Origin: Octopus sinensis
Taxonomy: Eukaryota
NCBI RefSeq assembly: GCF_006345805.1
Contig: NC_042997.1
Location: 130,944,001 to 131,008,000, forward strand
Direction of reading: 5' to 3'
DNA: 64,000 bases
Positions 62,033 through 64,000 of the stretch are shown in pieces. How positions within the stretch are numbered: the first letter of the stretch is position 1; each line of letters starts with the position of its first letter. The notes beneath the pieces are model-generated. The model did no database searches, had not been told where the DNA came from, and was given only the letters and a program-made list of their open reading frames with translations. The position numbers were made by a program, and so were the translations under genes.

Positions 62033-62337
62033 ATTAGAGAAAATGTATTGTGTGATTTGTTACAGCACTTTACATTCTGAATTCAACAAAATAGAGTACC
62101 AGTCCATACTGGGGTAAATGTAATTTACTAACTTCCTTCACTCAGAAACGCTAGCCTTCTGCCTAAATTAGAAACAATTAATATTAGCAGTAGCATTAAG
62201 TCTCAGCAGGATGTACTGTCCTGCTCACATTCACTTTTATATTTTGAGGGTACATCCTGACAATTCATCATCACCATTTTCACTCCTTTTCCAGCTGGGA
62301 TAGCCATGTATCTCCTCTATAGAAAGACACATAAGAC

Positions 62338-62557
62338 AGTGAGCTGGGAGAAACGTTAGGACGCTGGACGAAATGCCTAACGGTATTTCGTCTGTCTTTA
62401 CATTCTGAGTTCAAATTCCGCCGAGGTCAACTTTGCCTTTCATCCTTTTGGGGTTGATAAATTAAGAACCAGTTACGCACTGGGGTCGATGTAATCGACT
62501 TAAACTATTTGTCTGTCCCCTCTATGTTTAGCCCCTTGTAGGCAATAAAGAAATAAG
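62338..62557 (+). mobile_element. SINE family M
   Basis: gtgagctgg..gaaacgttag...gagttcaaattcc (B box)...ctttgcctttcatccttttggggttgataaattaag...tail. Confidence 0.8.
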
Positions 62558-64000
62558 ACACCTGTTCCTGTCCTTCTATCATATTCTTGCTTCTCAACAT
62601 TTGGCAAAAAACCACTACCCTTAATACTACACCCCTTACACTCAAGGCGTATTTTCTTGTGGACTATTAGGTGACCCCACAAGTGCCAATGACACACAAA
62701 AAGGCACCCAATACACTCTAAAGTGGTTGGCATTAGGAAGGGCATCTGTTCTTACAAACCATGCCAAAACAGACATTGGGCTTGATACAAACCCCTGACC
62801 TGTTGGATCATGTCAAACCATCCATTTCCTGCCAGCAGGGAGGAATACAGACTCTAAATGATAATGTAATAAATGTGGTAAATGTTCATGAAGTTGGAAA
62901 TCACTTTTTGTTTTTGGCTGGCAAAGAATAAAATGTATTTAATACAAATTGTGATTAGTTGAATTCTTGCAGGTTTGTGGATAAGAGGAAAGTCAAAGCA
63001 GGAAAGATGCTTGAAGGGAACAGTTCTAGGAAAGAAAAACTGGGCAAAGTTGGTTTAATAATGAAAGAAACAGAAGGCTAATCTAAGGAGATAAAACAGG
63101 TCAATTACTAAGATTTATATGTAAAAATGGGAAATAGTCAGCAAGTTTAGGACAGAGACAGTTATAGTAAAGGTAGAAAGCAGCATTTTACTTTTTTATG
63201 TAAAAAAGTAGTTTAGAATGTATATGCATACAGTAAGCTGCAATGCCCGAATGTGAGAGTACTTTAGAATAAAGCATATTTGTTGTAAATGGTTTATCAT
63301 ATGTTCACAGGGTTGAAATATATTTCCTGCTAAAGAAAGGAAACCCAGCCTTTGTGATGGTCAGGATAGTTTGTCTCATTCATAAGGAGTGCAAATAGGG
63401 TTTAACTGTGTTAAAAATCAAATGAATATTGTGCTGAAATGTGTAGTAACTAATTGTTAATGCTATCAAGTTCTCAGTCTTGGATGTTTTAAATGTTGCT
63501 TGCTATTCATAGACTTCCTGAATGCTTGTAAGTTGTGGTGAAAGAAGCATGTGTGAGAAGAGAAGAATTTGGTTATTAGCCTAGGTGTTTGTGTTGTTAG
63601 TATGACATTAAGTTGGTGATTAAACAATCCCTGAATGCAATGTGAGTTGATAATGAGTACCTTATCAAACATACTGCAGTGCAGAAATCTGACAGGAGAG
63701 ATTTTCTTTTATATATTTAAATGATTAGTGACAAGTGGAGCTGTCCATAATGAATTACCCTGGCCTATTTTATTCTGGAAGTTATATAACTATTCACAAA
63801 CTATTAAGACCTGTGGATTTGTTAGGAATCTTTTTGTTGTACAGATTTAAAGAAAATGTTTTATAACGTTTATATAGAAACCTCATAAACAGAGATCTTT
63901 GTTAGAGTCAACCTAATTAATGCTGCTTGTGATTATAGTGAAAATATAAATTATAGTTACAAAAGGTATATAAGCCCAGAGAAGTGTTACCTTTATTTTA

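Noticed and set aside
62940-63800. Possible further decayed retroelement remnants (also ~5870-6260, 36720-37730, 42660-43680, 47340-47960)
   Set aside because: Too degenerate to classify or bound reliably without a search

Overview
AT-rich, repeat-dense eukaryotic (animal) genomic DNA. The SINE/LINE repertoire and the effector-less tandem C2H2 gene suggest a coleoid cephalopod, probably Octopus (inference, not verified). Two host genes can be supported: the first coding exon of a TMEM64-like (DedA/VTT family) gene on the minus strand (13958-14614), and a single-coding-exon, 15-finger C2H2 zinc-finger gene on the plus strand (41237-42580). The rest is mostly transposable elements: several tRNA-derived SINE families, RTE- and CR1-group LINE fragments, a pol-deleted Gypsy-type LTR element, hAT and mariner remnants, piggyBac-like and Merlin-like MITEs, non-autonomous Helitrons, and microsatellites. 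The most notable element is a young, 5'-truncated RTE-clade LINE (about 51022-54643). Its uninterrupted RT frame carries an inserted C4HC3 PHD-type finger, and its 3' UTR holds 23 tandem ~61-bp units, each predicted to fold into a hairpin plus an H-type pseudoknot. Also notable are a twin-primed (5'-inverted) RTE insertion with a 14-bp TSD, and a LINE/SINE pair sharing a 3' stem-loop with different inner sequence. Most short ORFs in the supplied track are artefacts of repeats. Boundaries of degenerate elements are approximate.
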